From: an uncultured virus (IMG/VR IMGVR_UViG_3300043570_003132)
Taxonomy: Duplodnaviria > Heunggongvirae > Uroviricota > Caudoviricetes
Length of the DNA stretch: 56,725 nucleotides
Direction: 5' to 3' (one strand)
Virus record (IMG/VR): IMGVR_UViG_3300043570_003132
Coordinates: 62,001 to 118,725 of that record
This document shows positions 1 through 8,838 of the stretch, piece by piece. The first letter of the stretch is position 1; each line of letters begins with the position of its first letter. A program made the position numbers and the translations under genes. Under the pieces are notes generated by a model. It was not told where the DNA came from. It saw only the letters and a program-made list of their open reading frames with translations, and ran no database searches.

Positions 1-3000
1 TAGAACCTGATGTTCCTGAACTACCGTTAGAACCTGAAGAACCACTAGTTCCTGATGACCCTGAACTACCCGATGTTCCACTAGAACCTGATGAACCGTT
101 AGATCCACTAGAACCTGATGTACCACTAGACCCTGAAGAACCATTTGAACCTGATGTTCCTGAAGATCCACTAGTACCTGATGTTGCTGCAGTATATGAT
201 GTTCCGTTTATTGATAATGAACCAGTTATACTTAAACTACCTGTAACTTGATGTGTGTCATCTAATGTATCACCAAATTTTGTTGATCCTGAAGAATACA
301 TAACAGATGATGTAACATATGTCATGAAAAGTTCGTCAGCCGTAATTGCCCCTTTAACTTTTAATGAACCTGTAATCTCAACATTTTTAGTTGCCGACCA
401 TATAGACCCTGTTTGTGCGAATATTGAATCTCCCGATGAACCACTTGAACCATTGGAACCTGAACTACCTGATGTTCCACTTGATCCTGAAGTACCTGAA
501 GTACCGCCTGATCCAGATGATCCTGATCCACCGCTAGAACCTGATGTACCTGATGTTGCGGACGTATATGATAGACCACCAATTGTAACTCCATTTGTAA
601 AATTAGCTGAACCCGATACGATAATATCGTCACCAAAAACAACACTATTACCACCTGAACTTAATATTTTAGATCCGTCTTGTAGTACAATATTTCCTCT
701 AACATCAACCGAACCCGTCGTTGGGTCAATTAATATATTACCTCCACCCGATGACTTTAATTGAATATCTCCATCCACAGTTTGGAATGTGATTGTATCT
801 GTACCTTGTTCTAAAATCTTAATTGATTGACCGTTGTCGGTTGTAATCTGTAATTCTTGGTTTGTACTACCTAAAACTTTTTGTCCGTCAATGTATAATG
901 ATGCACTTGATAAGTATAAGTGTCTAAATGGATTTGACTCACTACCCAAATCAAATGAACCACTACCTACAGGTACAATTGACCCACTGAATGTTTGAGT
1001 TCCTTTAAACGTATTTGAACCTGTGATTGCAAAACCTAAATTTGTTCCTTGAACACTTGAACTTACAATATTACTACTTAATAGAGCTGAAGATAAATCC
1101 ACCGCTCCACTAACCATATGTCCACCTCTAACTACATTCACACTACCTGAAACTGCAAGTGGGAAATAAACATTAAGATTATTATTATCAACAGATTCTA
1201 TTCTACTTGGTATGATTATACTTCTACTATCGTCCCAAACCGTAACAACAGGGAAATCAATACCTAAATTGTGGAATACCGACCATGTTGCTAATGATGC
1301 GAATGTTTGTGTTGCTCCACCTATTCCATCTCTACCACTTGTTCCTGATGTACCTGAAGTACCACCTGAACCTGATGAACCCGAACCACCACTGGTTCCT
1401 GAAGAACCATTAATACCACTTGTTCCTGAAGAACCATTAATACCACTAGTTCCTGATGAACCACTAGTTCCAGATGAACCACTTGTACCTGATGTACCCG
1501 CAGTTCCCGCTCCACCTACAGTTACACTTATTGTTCCCTCTTGTGCAAATGGGAAATATACACTTATATTATTTGTGTCTGTTGAAATTATTTCACTTGG
1601 GATTACAATACGTCCGTCATTATCAAATACTTGAACTGATGGATATCTAACACCCATTTGGTGATTAAATGACCATGTGGCTGCTGCAACACTAACGTTT
1701 TGTGTTTTTGTTTGTCCATTTAATACAACGGCGTTTAAAGCATGTGATGCCGTTAATGCGTATGATGAACTTGCAATTGTTGTTGTTGAACTTGATACGT
1801 ATGAATTAAACCATGACTCATCTAACTTACCTGTTCCAACAACTGCACCATTAACGTATAATGATCCAGTAATCTTTACAGATCCAGTAAAATTATGATT
1901 ATCGTCAAATGTATTACCAAATGCTGTTGAACCTGATTCAAATAATACTGAAGACGTAACTAATGCCGTATGAATTTCTTTTGCTGTAAGTGTTCCTGTA
2001 ATTGTTAAATCACCATTTACTTTAGCATTATTTGTGGTTTCCCAAACCGAACCTGTTAAAGCAAATAAACTATCTCCTGATGAACCTGATGAACCACTTG
2101 TTCCTGTTGTACCACTTGATCCTGCAGTACCTGAAGAACCTGCAGTTCCTGAAGAACCACTAGATCCTGATGTACCTGATGAACCGTTACTTCCACTAGT
2201 TCCTGATGAACCTGAAGTTCCTGTGGATCCACTAGACCCTGATGTTCCACTTGTTCCATTACTACCTGATGTTCCTGAAGAACCATTACTACCGCTAGAT
2301 CCTGATGTTCCACTGCTACCTGATGAACCATTAGATCCACTAGAACCTGACGTACCTGAAGTACCTGATGATCCATTACTACCGCTAGATCCTGATGTTC
2401 CTGAACTACCTGAAGAACCACTAGTTCCTGTAGAACCGCTAGATCCTGATGTTCCTGAACTACCTGAAGAACCTGACGTTCCAGAAGAACCATTACTACC
2501 CGATGTTCCTGATGAACCATTAGATCCTGAAGTTCCACTAGAACCACTTGTACCACTCGTTCCCGATGTTGTGGACGTATATTCGGTTCCATTTATATTA
2601 AATGAACCTGTTAAATTAATTGAACCTGATAAAATTAAATTATTGTTTTCATCAAGTAACATTTGTCTGTTACCATTTCTACTGAAAACTAAACCATCAA
2701 TATCAGTTGTTGCACCTCTTGCAGCACCTATCGTCCAATTCTCTCCACTCCAATTAAAACGAACACCCGATGCAACTCTATTTGGTGTGTTAAATCCTGC
2801 TGCATTATAAATTGAACTATCAGGAACAAATGCTTGAACATTTGCAACGGGGTCCGAACCTGATACTACTAATGATGTTAATGATGTATTCCCTAAAACT
2901 CTTAAAGAACCTGACGTATTTAAAGATCCTGTAATATTTTCTGTTCCAATTAAATTGAAACTACCACTAAGATTTAATGAACCTGTGTTCTGAGCATTTG

Positions 3001-3160
3001 TAGTAACTATTTCCTCAATAGAGGTAGAAGCCGATCCTGATTTGGCAAAGTATAATTTACCGTCGGTTGTGTTTATTGCTATTTCCCCTAATTGTAATTG
3101 GGAGTTAGTAGGTCTATTCCCACCAGTGGAACTTCTACGTAGTTTTACTATTTGACTCAT
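1..3160 (-). CDS. Large tail-fibre-like protein with Gly-X-Y Ser/Thr repeats (3'-truncated by window edge)
   Basis: Absent from the ORF track because it runs off the window. ATG at 3160 reads MSQIVKLRRSSTGGNRPTNSQLQLGEIAINTTDGKLYF, a fibre N-terminal anchor motif. The frame is consistent with GTSGSS repeats down to base 2. Contains WSFNHQMG and SGSTKFGDT modules also present in the 1203- and 1742-aa proteins. Confidence 0.8.
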   Translation of the reverse strand, partial: MSQIVKLRRSSTGGNRPTNSQLQLGEIAINTTDGKLYFAKSGSASTSIEEIVTTNAQNTGSLNLSGSFNLIGTENITGSLNTSGSLRVLGNTSLTSLVVSGSDPVANVQAFVPDSSIYNAAGFNTPNRVASGVRFNWSGENWTIGAARGATTDIDGLVFSRNGNRQMLLDENNNLILSGSINLTGSFNINGTEYTSTTSGTSGTSGSSGTSGSNGSSGTSGSNGSSGTSGSSGSSGTSGSSGSTGTSGSSGSSGTSGSSGSNGSSGTSGTSGSSGSNGSSGSSGTSGSSGSNGSSGTSGSNGTSGTSGSSGSTGTSGSSGTSGSNGSSGTSGSSGSSGTAGSSGTAGSSGTTGTSGSSGSSGDSLFALTGSVWETTNNAKVNGDLTITGTLTAKEIHTALVTSSVLFESGSTAFGNTFDDNHNFTGSVKITGSLYVNGAVVGTGKLDESWFNSYVSSSTTTIASSSYALTASHALNAVVLNGQTKTQNVSVAAATWSFNHQMGVRYPSVQVFDNDGRIVIPSEIISTDTNNISVYFPFAQEGTISVTVGGAGTAGTSGTSGSSGTSGSSGTSGINGSSGTSGINGSSGTSGGSGSSGSGGTSGTSGTSGRDGIGGATQTFASLATWSVFHNLGIDFPVVTVWDDSRSIIIPSRIESVDNNNLNVYFPLAVSGSVNVVRGGHMVSGAVDLSSALLSSNIVSSSVQGTNLGFAITGSNTFKGTQTFSGSIVPVGSGSFDLGSESNPFRHLYLSSASLYIDGQKVLGSTNQELQITTDNGQSIKILEQGTDTITFQTVDGDIQLKSSGGGNILIDPTTGSVDVRGNIVLQDGSKILSSGGNSVVFGDDIIVSGSANFTNGVTIGGLSYTSATSGTSGSSGGSGSSGSGGTSGTSGSSGTSGSSGSNGSSGSSGDSIFAQTGSIWSATKNVEITGSLKVKGAITADELFMTYVTSSVMYSSGSTKFGDTLDDTHQVTGSLSITGSLSINGTSYTAATSGTSGSSGTSGSNGSSGSSGTSGSSGSNGSSGSSGTSGSSGSSGTSGSSGSNGSSGTSGS

Positions 3161-3218
3161 ATATATGTGTTCTAAATCCTTGTGATATATATCACGGTTA
3201 AAGACCTATGTAGGTCTT
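3156..3218 (-). promoter_or_regulatory. Structured 5' leader: three stem-loops with UAYAUA loops, the last covering the start codon
   Basis: Minus strand AAGACC-TACATA-GGTCTT (3201-3218), GTGA-TATATA-TCAC (3182-3195) and CA-TATATA-TG (3158-3167), which includes the ATG. Confidence 0.5.
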
Positions 3219-3240
3219 ATGATAAATACTTATAATAAAT

Positions 3241-3269
3241 AAAAAAGGAGACTTTTTATGGTCTCCTTT
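3241..3269 (-). terminator. Rho-independent terminator
   Basis: Stem AAAGGAGAC/GTCTCCTTT followed by a U-run on the minus strand, just after a stop codon. Confidence 0.8.
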
Positions 3270-3279
3270 GATGTTTTTA

Positions 3280-3447
3280 TTATACATTTTCGATTGAAAG
3301 GACCGTTCCTTCCTGTCTTCCAACATATTTGTTTACTTCTATTGTTGTAATGTTTAGTGCCTCTTCTATTGAATTACCGATAGCACTACAATTAAATGTT
3401 ATTTTTTCTTCACCTACTTGATATTCTACTTTAAATTTATGTCTCAT
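3280..3447 (-). CDS. Small hypothetical protein (55 aa)
   Basis: Manually translated MRHKFKVEYQVGEEKITFNCSAIGNSIEEALNITTIEVNKYVGRQEGTVLSIENV*. Fills the gap between a gene and a terminator, with an A-rich leader. Confidence 0.7.
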   Translation of the reverse strand: MRHKFKVEYQVGEEKITFNCSAIGNSIEEALNITTIEVNKYVGRQEGTVLSIENV

Positions 3448-3451
3448 TTTA

Positions 3452-3754
3452 GTTTATTTTGTTTTATTTTATTAAGGTGCTTCTGCACAGAATGATTTAT
3501 TGGATACTATTCCGGTATACGAAATGTTTCCTGAATATGGTGTGGCCCCTACACTATTTAAAGAAAACGCATGAGTTTCATTTTCACCGGTATATACTGT
3601 TACTAAATTAGGATCTAAAAAGAATTGTTCTACATTAAATGGTTGATCTGCTGTTGCATATACTGTAGTGTAGAAATCCTGACCGTAATTTTGACAAGCC
3701 AAACTCGATGATGTGTAAGATGGTCCTAATTGATAAGCATATGATGTTGCAGGT
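3452..3754. repeat. 303-bp dispersed repeat copy 1 (C-terminal module, stop codon and 3' flank); copy 2 at 47418-47720
   Basis: Colinear with no indels, long identical stretches and an identical 3' flank gtttattttgttttattttatta. Confidence 0.95.
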
Positions 3755-6348
3755 ATTGGTGTTGCGGTTGGTTCTGCTGTTGGTTCTGCCGTTGGTGGGA
3801 ATGGTGTTGGTGTTGGTGATTGTGTTGGTACGTTAGTTGGTACGTTTGTTGGTACTACTGTTGGTTCTGGCGTATTAGTTGGTACTGCTGTTGGTTCTGG
3901 TGTATTAGTTGGTACTGCTGTTGGTACTGCTGTTGGTACAGGTGTTGATGTTGCAGGTAATGGTGTTGGTGTTGCTGTAGGTGCCGCCGGACAAGCTGTA
4001 CAAGCTGTTTGTGCTGTTCCGGTTTCTGCGGAACCATTTCTAATAAACTCTCTTTCATCTGTACCATTAGAAACCCAGAATGTGGTGTTATTAGTCATAT
4101 CACCATACACGTTACCATACAATGTGGATGATAAACCTTTTATTTGAGTTAAGTTACATAATGATGTACCCTGTACGGTAATATTAACATTACCATATTC
4201 ACCACCAGCACATGCTGTTGGTCCGTTAACTAAACTAACAAATCCACTAAACGTAGTTTCAAATGGTGTTGGTTGTGGTGTTGGTGTTGCAGTTGCTGGT
4301 ACAGGTGTATTTGTTGGTACTGCTGTTGGTACTGCTGTTGGTACGTTAGTTGGTACTGCGGTTGGTACTACTGTTGGTTCTGGTGTAACTGTTGGTGTTG
4401 CTGTTGGTACTACTGTTGGTACTACTGTTGGTTCTGGTGTAACTGTTGGTGTTGCTGTTGGTACTACTGTTGGTTCTGGTGTTGCCGTTGGTCCTGGAAT
4501 AGCAAGACAATTTGTTAAGCTAATTATCGATCCTAAGTTGTCTGTATCTATTACATATTTATTTTCTTCATATTCAATTATAAAGTAATTTCCAATTCCA
4601 GTAAAATATATACTTGATAATTCCACATCTGTATATAATACATCACCAACATTTAATGTTGAATTTATACTGTAAAATGTAGAATCAACTGTTTGATTTT
4701 GACACGCCGTATATGGATCTAAATATGTCCCACCTAAATGTACTCCGTAACTATATAAAGGTATTGGTGTTGGTGTTGGTGTTTCAGTTGGTGTTGGGGT
4801 TGGTGTTGGTGATTCTGCCGCTGAACAACTTACACAAGCATTGGTAAATGTAAATATTCCACTTGTTAATACCCCCTCTCTACTGTTTGTTCCATCGGAA
4901 AACCATCCTGGTGCATCTCCAGAAAATATATCGGCATCGTATGTTGATAATTCAAATCCTGTTGAGTTACATAATGTTGATCCACTAATGAAATTTCCAC
5001 CTCCTAATATGTTTATATATGTGTTTAAATTATTACATGTTTCGTATGCACCACTGAATCCCATAGATAACGTTGGTGGTGTTGGTGTTGGTGTTGGTGT
5101 TGACGTTGCTGGTAATGGTGTTGGGGTTGGTGATTCTGTGGGTGCGTTTGTTGGTATTTGTGTACTAGTTGGTTCTGGTGTTGGTGTTTCAGTTGCTGGT
5201 AATGGTGTTGGCGTATCTGTTGGATTTGATGTTGATGTTGGTGTTGGTGTTGGTGTAACATCTGGAGGTAATCCACTGTTAAAACCAAAACTTTCCCAAC
5301 TAACTGTATAATTATTTAAACCTGTTCCACTTACTGGCGAAAGTACCTCAATTGTTCCCAAGGTTGTTCCAGATTGAATTACATCATTATAGTTAATATC
5401 TGGATCAGTATAAAAATTACTAGTGAAAGTATTATTAGATGTTAGTAAATTACTTTGGAAAAATCCACCATCCGGTATGTTTATTGTTCCTGTGGTGGTT
5501 TGTATTGTCAAAGACCATTGAATGATAACATCGTCCGTCACATTATAATCCGAATTTGGTGTAAAATATCCTCGTAATTTTCCCGCTGCGGTTTGATAAA
5601 AAACAACATTCGCCATAATATTATTTACCGGTAATGGTGTTGATGTTGCGGTAGGTGTTGGTGTTGGTGTGCTAGTTGGTATTGTTGTACCTGTTATTGT
5701 TGGTGTAGGAGTTGGTCCACTTACATTTGTACAATTAACTAAACTATTTATTTCTGCATTTGGTCCTACATTTACAACGTATTTATTTACCCCATCTTCA
5801 ATAATGTTATAATCTTGTCCTGATAAACCAAATATTAAAGTAAGTTCAGAATCACTATATAAGATATGTCCCGTATTTAACGATGGATATTCTGTGTAAA
5901 CAGTAGTATTAACTAATCCATTTTGACACGCAATATAAGGTTCAAAATATCCATTGAGATCTATTTGATAAGAATATGACACAATTGTTGGTGTAGGTGT
6001 TGGAGTACTTGTTGCTGGTATTGGTGTTTCTGTTGGTGTTTCAGTTGGTACTTCTGTTGGTACTCCACTTGGTAGTGGTGTACTTGTTGCCGGTACTGGT
6101 GTTGGTGTTGCCGTTGCAACAATTACCGTTGGTGTTGGTGTTGCAGTTGCACATGGAATACTAAAAGTACAAGTTTGACTAAAACCAGTAAATAATAATG
6201 AATAATCTCCCATGTAATTTTCACTTACATAGTCGTAAGGGACAACATGTGACCCTAAGTCAATCGTTCCACCACTACAAGGTGAAAATGTGATAGTGGC
6301 AGTTTGTCCACTATAATTTGTTGTTAATATTCTAATCGATGTTGCCAT
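3472..6348 (-). CDS. Pro/Thr-linker modular virion adhesin/fibre-like protein (958 aa)
   Basis: N-terminal domain shared with the 610-aa neighbour. PT-rich linkers separate about six globular modules, most with paired Cys. Confidence 0.75.
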   Translation of the reverse strand: MATSIRILTTNYSGQTATITFSPCSGGTIDLGSHVVPYDYVSENYMGDYSLLFTGFSQTCTFSIPCATATPTPTVIVATATPTPVPATSTPLPSGVPTEVPTETPTETPIPATSTPTPTPTIVSYSYQIDLNGYFEPYIACQNGLVNTTVYTEYPSLNTGHILYSDSELTLIFGLSGQDYNIIEDGVNKYVVNVGPNAEINSLVNCTNVSGPTPTPTITGTTIPTSTPTPTPTATSTPLPVNNIMANVVFYQTAAGKLRGYFTPNSDYNVTDDVIIQWSLTIQTTTGTINIPDGGFFQSNLLTSNNTFTSNFYTDPDINYNDVIQSGTTLGTIEVLSPVSGTGLNNYTVSWESFGFNSGLPPDVTPTPTPTSTSNPTDTPTPLPATETPTPEPTSTQIPTNAPTESPTPTPLPATSTPTPTPTPPTLSMGFSGAYETCNNLNTYINILGGGNFISGSTLCNSTGFELSTYDADIFSGDAPGWFSDGTNSREGVLTSGIFTFTNACVSCSAAESPTPTPTPTETPTPTPIPLYSYGVHLGGTYLDPYTACQNQTVDSTFYSINSTLNVGDVLYTDVELSSIYFTGIGNYFIIEYEENKYVIDTDNLGSIISLTNCLAIPGPTATPEPTVVPTATPTVTPEPTVVPTVVPTATPTVTPEPTVVPTAVPTNVPTAVPTAVPTNTPVPATATPTPQPTPFETTFSGFVSLVNGPTACAGGEYGNVNITVQGTSLCNLTQIKGLSSTLYGNVYGDMTNNTTFWVSNGTDEREFIRNGSAETGTAQTACTACPAAPTATPTPLPATSTPVPTAVPTAVPTNTPEPTAVPTNTPEPTVVPTNVPTNVPTQSPTPTPFPPTAEPTAEPTATPIPATSYAYQLGPSYTSSSLACQNYGQDFYTTVYATADQPFNVEQFFLDPNLVTVYTGENETHAFSLNSVGATPYSGNISYTGIVSNKSFCAEAP
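3991..4266. repeat. ~275-bp dispersed repeat copy 1 (FETTFSG...TACTAC module); copy 2 at 45682-45957
   Basis: Colinear DNA similarity; protein modules nearly identical. Confidence 0.9.
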
Positions 6349-6353
6349 ATCAA

Positions 6354-6361
6354 TATAAATA
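6354..6361 (-). promoter_or_regulatory. TATTTATA putative late promoter (one of ~14 copies upstream of genes)
   Basis: Lies between a terminator and the ATG at 6348. Motif (TATTTAT core) also at 3222, 8759, 12472, 17785, 19501, 26883, 28535, 33451, 42590, 45409, 46755, 47407, 53723. Confidence 0.6.
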
Positions 6362-6373
6362 GTTTATTTAAAC

Positions 6374-6404
6374 AAAAAAGGAGAACTTTTTATGATCTCC
6401 TTTT
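6374..6404 (-). terminator. Rho-independent terminator, near-identical to that at 3241-3269
   Basis: AAAAGGAGA...TCTCCTTTT stem with a U-run. Confidence 0.8.
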
Positions 6405-6423
6405 ATTATTTTTATTTGTTGTT

Positions 6424-8256
6424 TTACGCACATTGACCATCAGTTCCATTTATGAATACACCACCTGTGATGTCCATTACTTGTGAGAATGTTTGTCCAC
6501 CTGAAGCCGCAATACTTTGTGGTCCGTTAAATGCGGTAGATACTGTTAAACATCCATCAGGAGCAACATCGGCTATATGTACAACGACCGTTTGTGAACC
6601 TGTTAACGGAACTGTTCCTGAGAACCCATCTCCAGGACTTCTTGGAAACACATCATTTGTTGTAAGTGATAAACCTCCAATTATAACACTTGTTATTGCA
6701 CCACCAAAAAATCCATTACTACCTGTGACTTCAGTTGAAACTGCAGGTTCAGGTGTTGCAGTTGGTGGGAATGGTGTTGGTGTTGGTGATTGTGTTGGTA
6801 CGTTAGTTGGTACTTGTGTTGGTTCTGGTGTTGGTGGGAATGGTGTTGGTGTTGGTGATTGTGTTGGTACGTTAGTTGGTACTTGTGTTGGTTCTGGTGT
6901 ATTAGTTGGAACTGCTGTTGGTATTGCTGTTGGAACCGCCGTTGGTATTGCTGTTGGTATTGCTGTTGGTATTGCTGTTGGTATTGCTGTTGGTTGTGGT
7001 GTATTAGTTGGTATTGCTGTTGGTTGTGGTGTATTAGTTGGTACTGCTGTTGGTTGTGGTGTATTAGTTGGTACTGCTGTTGGTTGTGGTGTATTAGTTG
7101 GTACTGCTGTTGGTATTGCTGTTGGTATTGCTGTTGGTATTGCTGTTGGTATTGCTGTTGGTATTGCTGTTGGAACTGCTGTTGGAACTGCTGTCGGTGG
7201 TGGCGTTGGAGGTAACGGTGTACTAGTTGGTACTTGTGTCGGAACTGCTGTTGGTACTACTGTTGGTACTACTGTTGGTACCGGTGTTGCTGGTAATGGT
7301 GTATCAGTTGGTACCGCTGTTGGTATTGCTGTTGGTATTGCTGTTGGTAAAGGTGTATCAGTTGGTACGTTAGTAGGTAAAGGTGTATCAGTTGGTACGT
7401 TTGTTGGTACGTTAGTAGGTAAAGGTGTATCAGTTGGTACGTTAGTAGGTAAAGGTGTATCAGTTGGTACGTTAGTAGGTAAAGGTGTATCAGTTGGTAC
7501 GTTAGTAGGTAAAGGTGTATCAGTTGGTACGTTAGTAGGTAAAGGTGTATCAGTTGGTACGTTAGTAGGTAAAGGTGTTGCCGGTAAAGGTGTTACTGTT
7601 GGTGTTGCTGTAGGTTCTGCTGTTGGTTCCGCTGTAGCTGGTAATGGTGTTGCTGTAGGTTCCGCTGTTGGTATATTTGTTGGTAATGGTGTATCTGTTG
7701 GTACCGGTGTTGCCGGTATTGGTGTACTAGTTGGAATATTAGTCGGCTCTATTGTTGGTTCTGGTGTACTAGTTGGTACATCTGTTGGTACCGGTGTTGC
7801 CGGTATTGGTGTACTAGTTGGTACGTTAGTTGGTAATGGTGTATCAGTTGGTACCGCTGTTGGTATATTTGTTGGTTCCGGTGTTGCTGTAGGTACTTGT
7901 GTTGGAATATCTGTCGGTGTTGGTGTATCTGTTGGTACAGGTGTTGGTATATCTGTAGGTAATGGTGTATCTGTTGGTACAGGTGTTGGTATATCTGTAG
8001 GTAATGGTGTTGGTGTGGCGGTTGCAACAATTACCGTTGGTGTCGGTGTTGCGGTTGCACAAGGTATACTGAAAGTACATGTTTGACTAAAACCAGTAAA
8101 GTATAATGAGTAATCTCCCAAATAGTTATCACTAATATAATTGTATGGAATAACATGTGAACCTAAATTGATCGTTCCTCCACTACAGGGTGAAAATGTA
8201 ATTGTAGCAGTTTCACCACTATAATTTGTTGTTAATATCTGAACCGTTATTGACAT
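6424..8256 (-). CDS. Pro/Thr-rich (mucin-like stalk) virion adhesin-like protein (610 aa)
   Basis: N-terminal domain paralogous to the 958-aa protein, roughly 430 aa of [14 protein letters not shown] repeats, then a C-terminal ~100-aa beta-rich domain with two Cys. Confidence 0.75.
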   Translation of the reverse strand: MSITVQILTTNYSGETATITFSPCSGGTINLGSHVIPYNYISDNYLGDYSLYFTGFSQTCTFSIPCATATPTPTVIVATATPTPLPTDIPTPVPTDTPLPTDIPTPVPTDTPTPTDIPTQVPTATPEPTNIPTAVPTDTPLPTNVPTSTPIPATPVPTDVPTSTPEPTIEPTNIPTSTPIPATPVPTDTPLPTNIPTAEPTATPLPATAEPTAEPTATPTVTPLPATPLPTNVPTDTPLPTNVPTDTPLPTNVPTDTPLPTNVPTDTPLPTNVPTDTPLPTNVPTNVPTDTPLPTNVPTDTPLPTAIPTAIPTAVPTDTPLPATPVPTVVPTVVPTAVPTQVPTSTPLPPTPPPTAVPTAVPTAIPTAIPTAIPTAIPTAIPTAVPTNTPQPTAVPTNTPQPTAVPTNTPQPTAIPTNTPQPTAIPTAIPTAIPTAIPTAVPTAIPTAVPTNTPEPTQVPTNVPTQSPTPTPFPPTPEPTQVPTNVPTQSPTPTPFPPTATPEPAVSTEVTGSNGFFGGAITSVIIGGLSLTTNDVFPRSPGDGFSGTVPLTGSQTVVVHIADVAPDGCLTVSTAFNGPQSIAASGGQTFSQVMDITGGVFINGTDGQCA

Positions 8257-8268
8257 TTTATTTTTATA

Positions 8269-8751
8269 TTAAATTGTTGTTATTTCGTAATTTATATCAC
8301 ATGTTGTATCAAATGGTATTATAATATATGTAATGTCACAAGTCATATCAAATGGTACTACATTATATGTAATATCACAAGATGGTACGGATGGTGTTGG
8401 TGTTGGTGTACTAGTTGATACTGATGTTGGTTGTGGTGTACTTGTTGCCGGTAATGGTGTAGTGGTACTAGTTGGTTGTGGTGTAGGAGTACTTGTTGCC
8501 GGTAATGGTGTTTCTGTACTAGTAGGTTGTGGTGTTGGGGTATCGGTTGGATTAGGAGTTGGTGTACTTGTTGCCGGTAATGGTGTTTCTGTATTTGTTG
8601 GTGTAGGTGTTGGTGTTTCTGTTGCCGGTAATGGTGTAGGAGTAGGTGTATTTGTTACAACATTAGTTGGTGCGGGTGTTGGAGTTGGTGTAAACGTTCC
8701 ATTGTGAATATTTGGGACTATTTTTAGTCCTCCTGTAAATTGTATTCCCAT
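8269..8751 (-). CDS. Small Pro/Thr-linker protein with three C-terminal CDIxY repeats
   Basis: ORF track; ends [45 protein letters not shown] motif directly upstream. Confidence 0.7.
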   Translation of the reverse strand: MGIQFTGGLKIVPNIHNGTFTPTPTPAPTNVVTNTPTPTPLPATETPTPTPTNTETPLPATSTPTPNPTDTPTPQPTSTETPLPATSTPTPQPTSTTTPLPATSTPQPTSVSTSTPTPTPSVPSCDITYNVVPFDMTCDITYIIIPFDTTCDINYEITTI

Positions 8752-8786
8752 AGTACTCTATAAATAGTTTAATTTCTTAATAAGAT

Positions 8787-8820
8787 AAAAAAAAAGGAAG
8801 ATTTTTTAGGTCTTCCTTTT
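8787..8820 (-). terminator. Rho-independent terminator
   Basis: AAAAGGAAGA/TCTTCCTTTT stem with a long U-run. Confidence 0.8.
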
Positions 8821-8838
8821 AATTTTTGTTACGTTTTT

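Noticed and set aside
3452..3754. Diversity-generating retroelement VR/TR pair with 47418-47720
   Set aside because: Differences are not adenine-specific and many are synonymous, both copies are coding gene ends, and no reverse transcriptase is in the window.
7340..7580. Perfect 30-bp tandem repeats resembling a CRISPR array
   Set aside because: No unique spacers; the unit is an in-frame [10 protein letters not shown] coding repeat; no cas genes.
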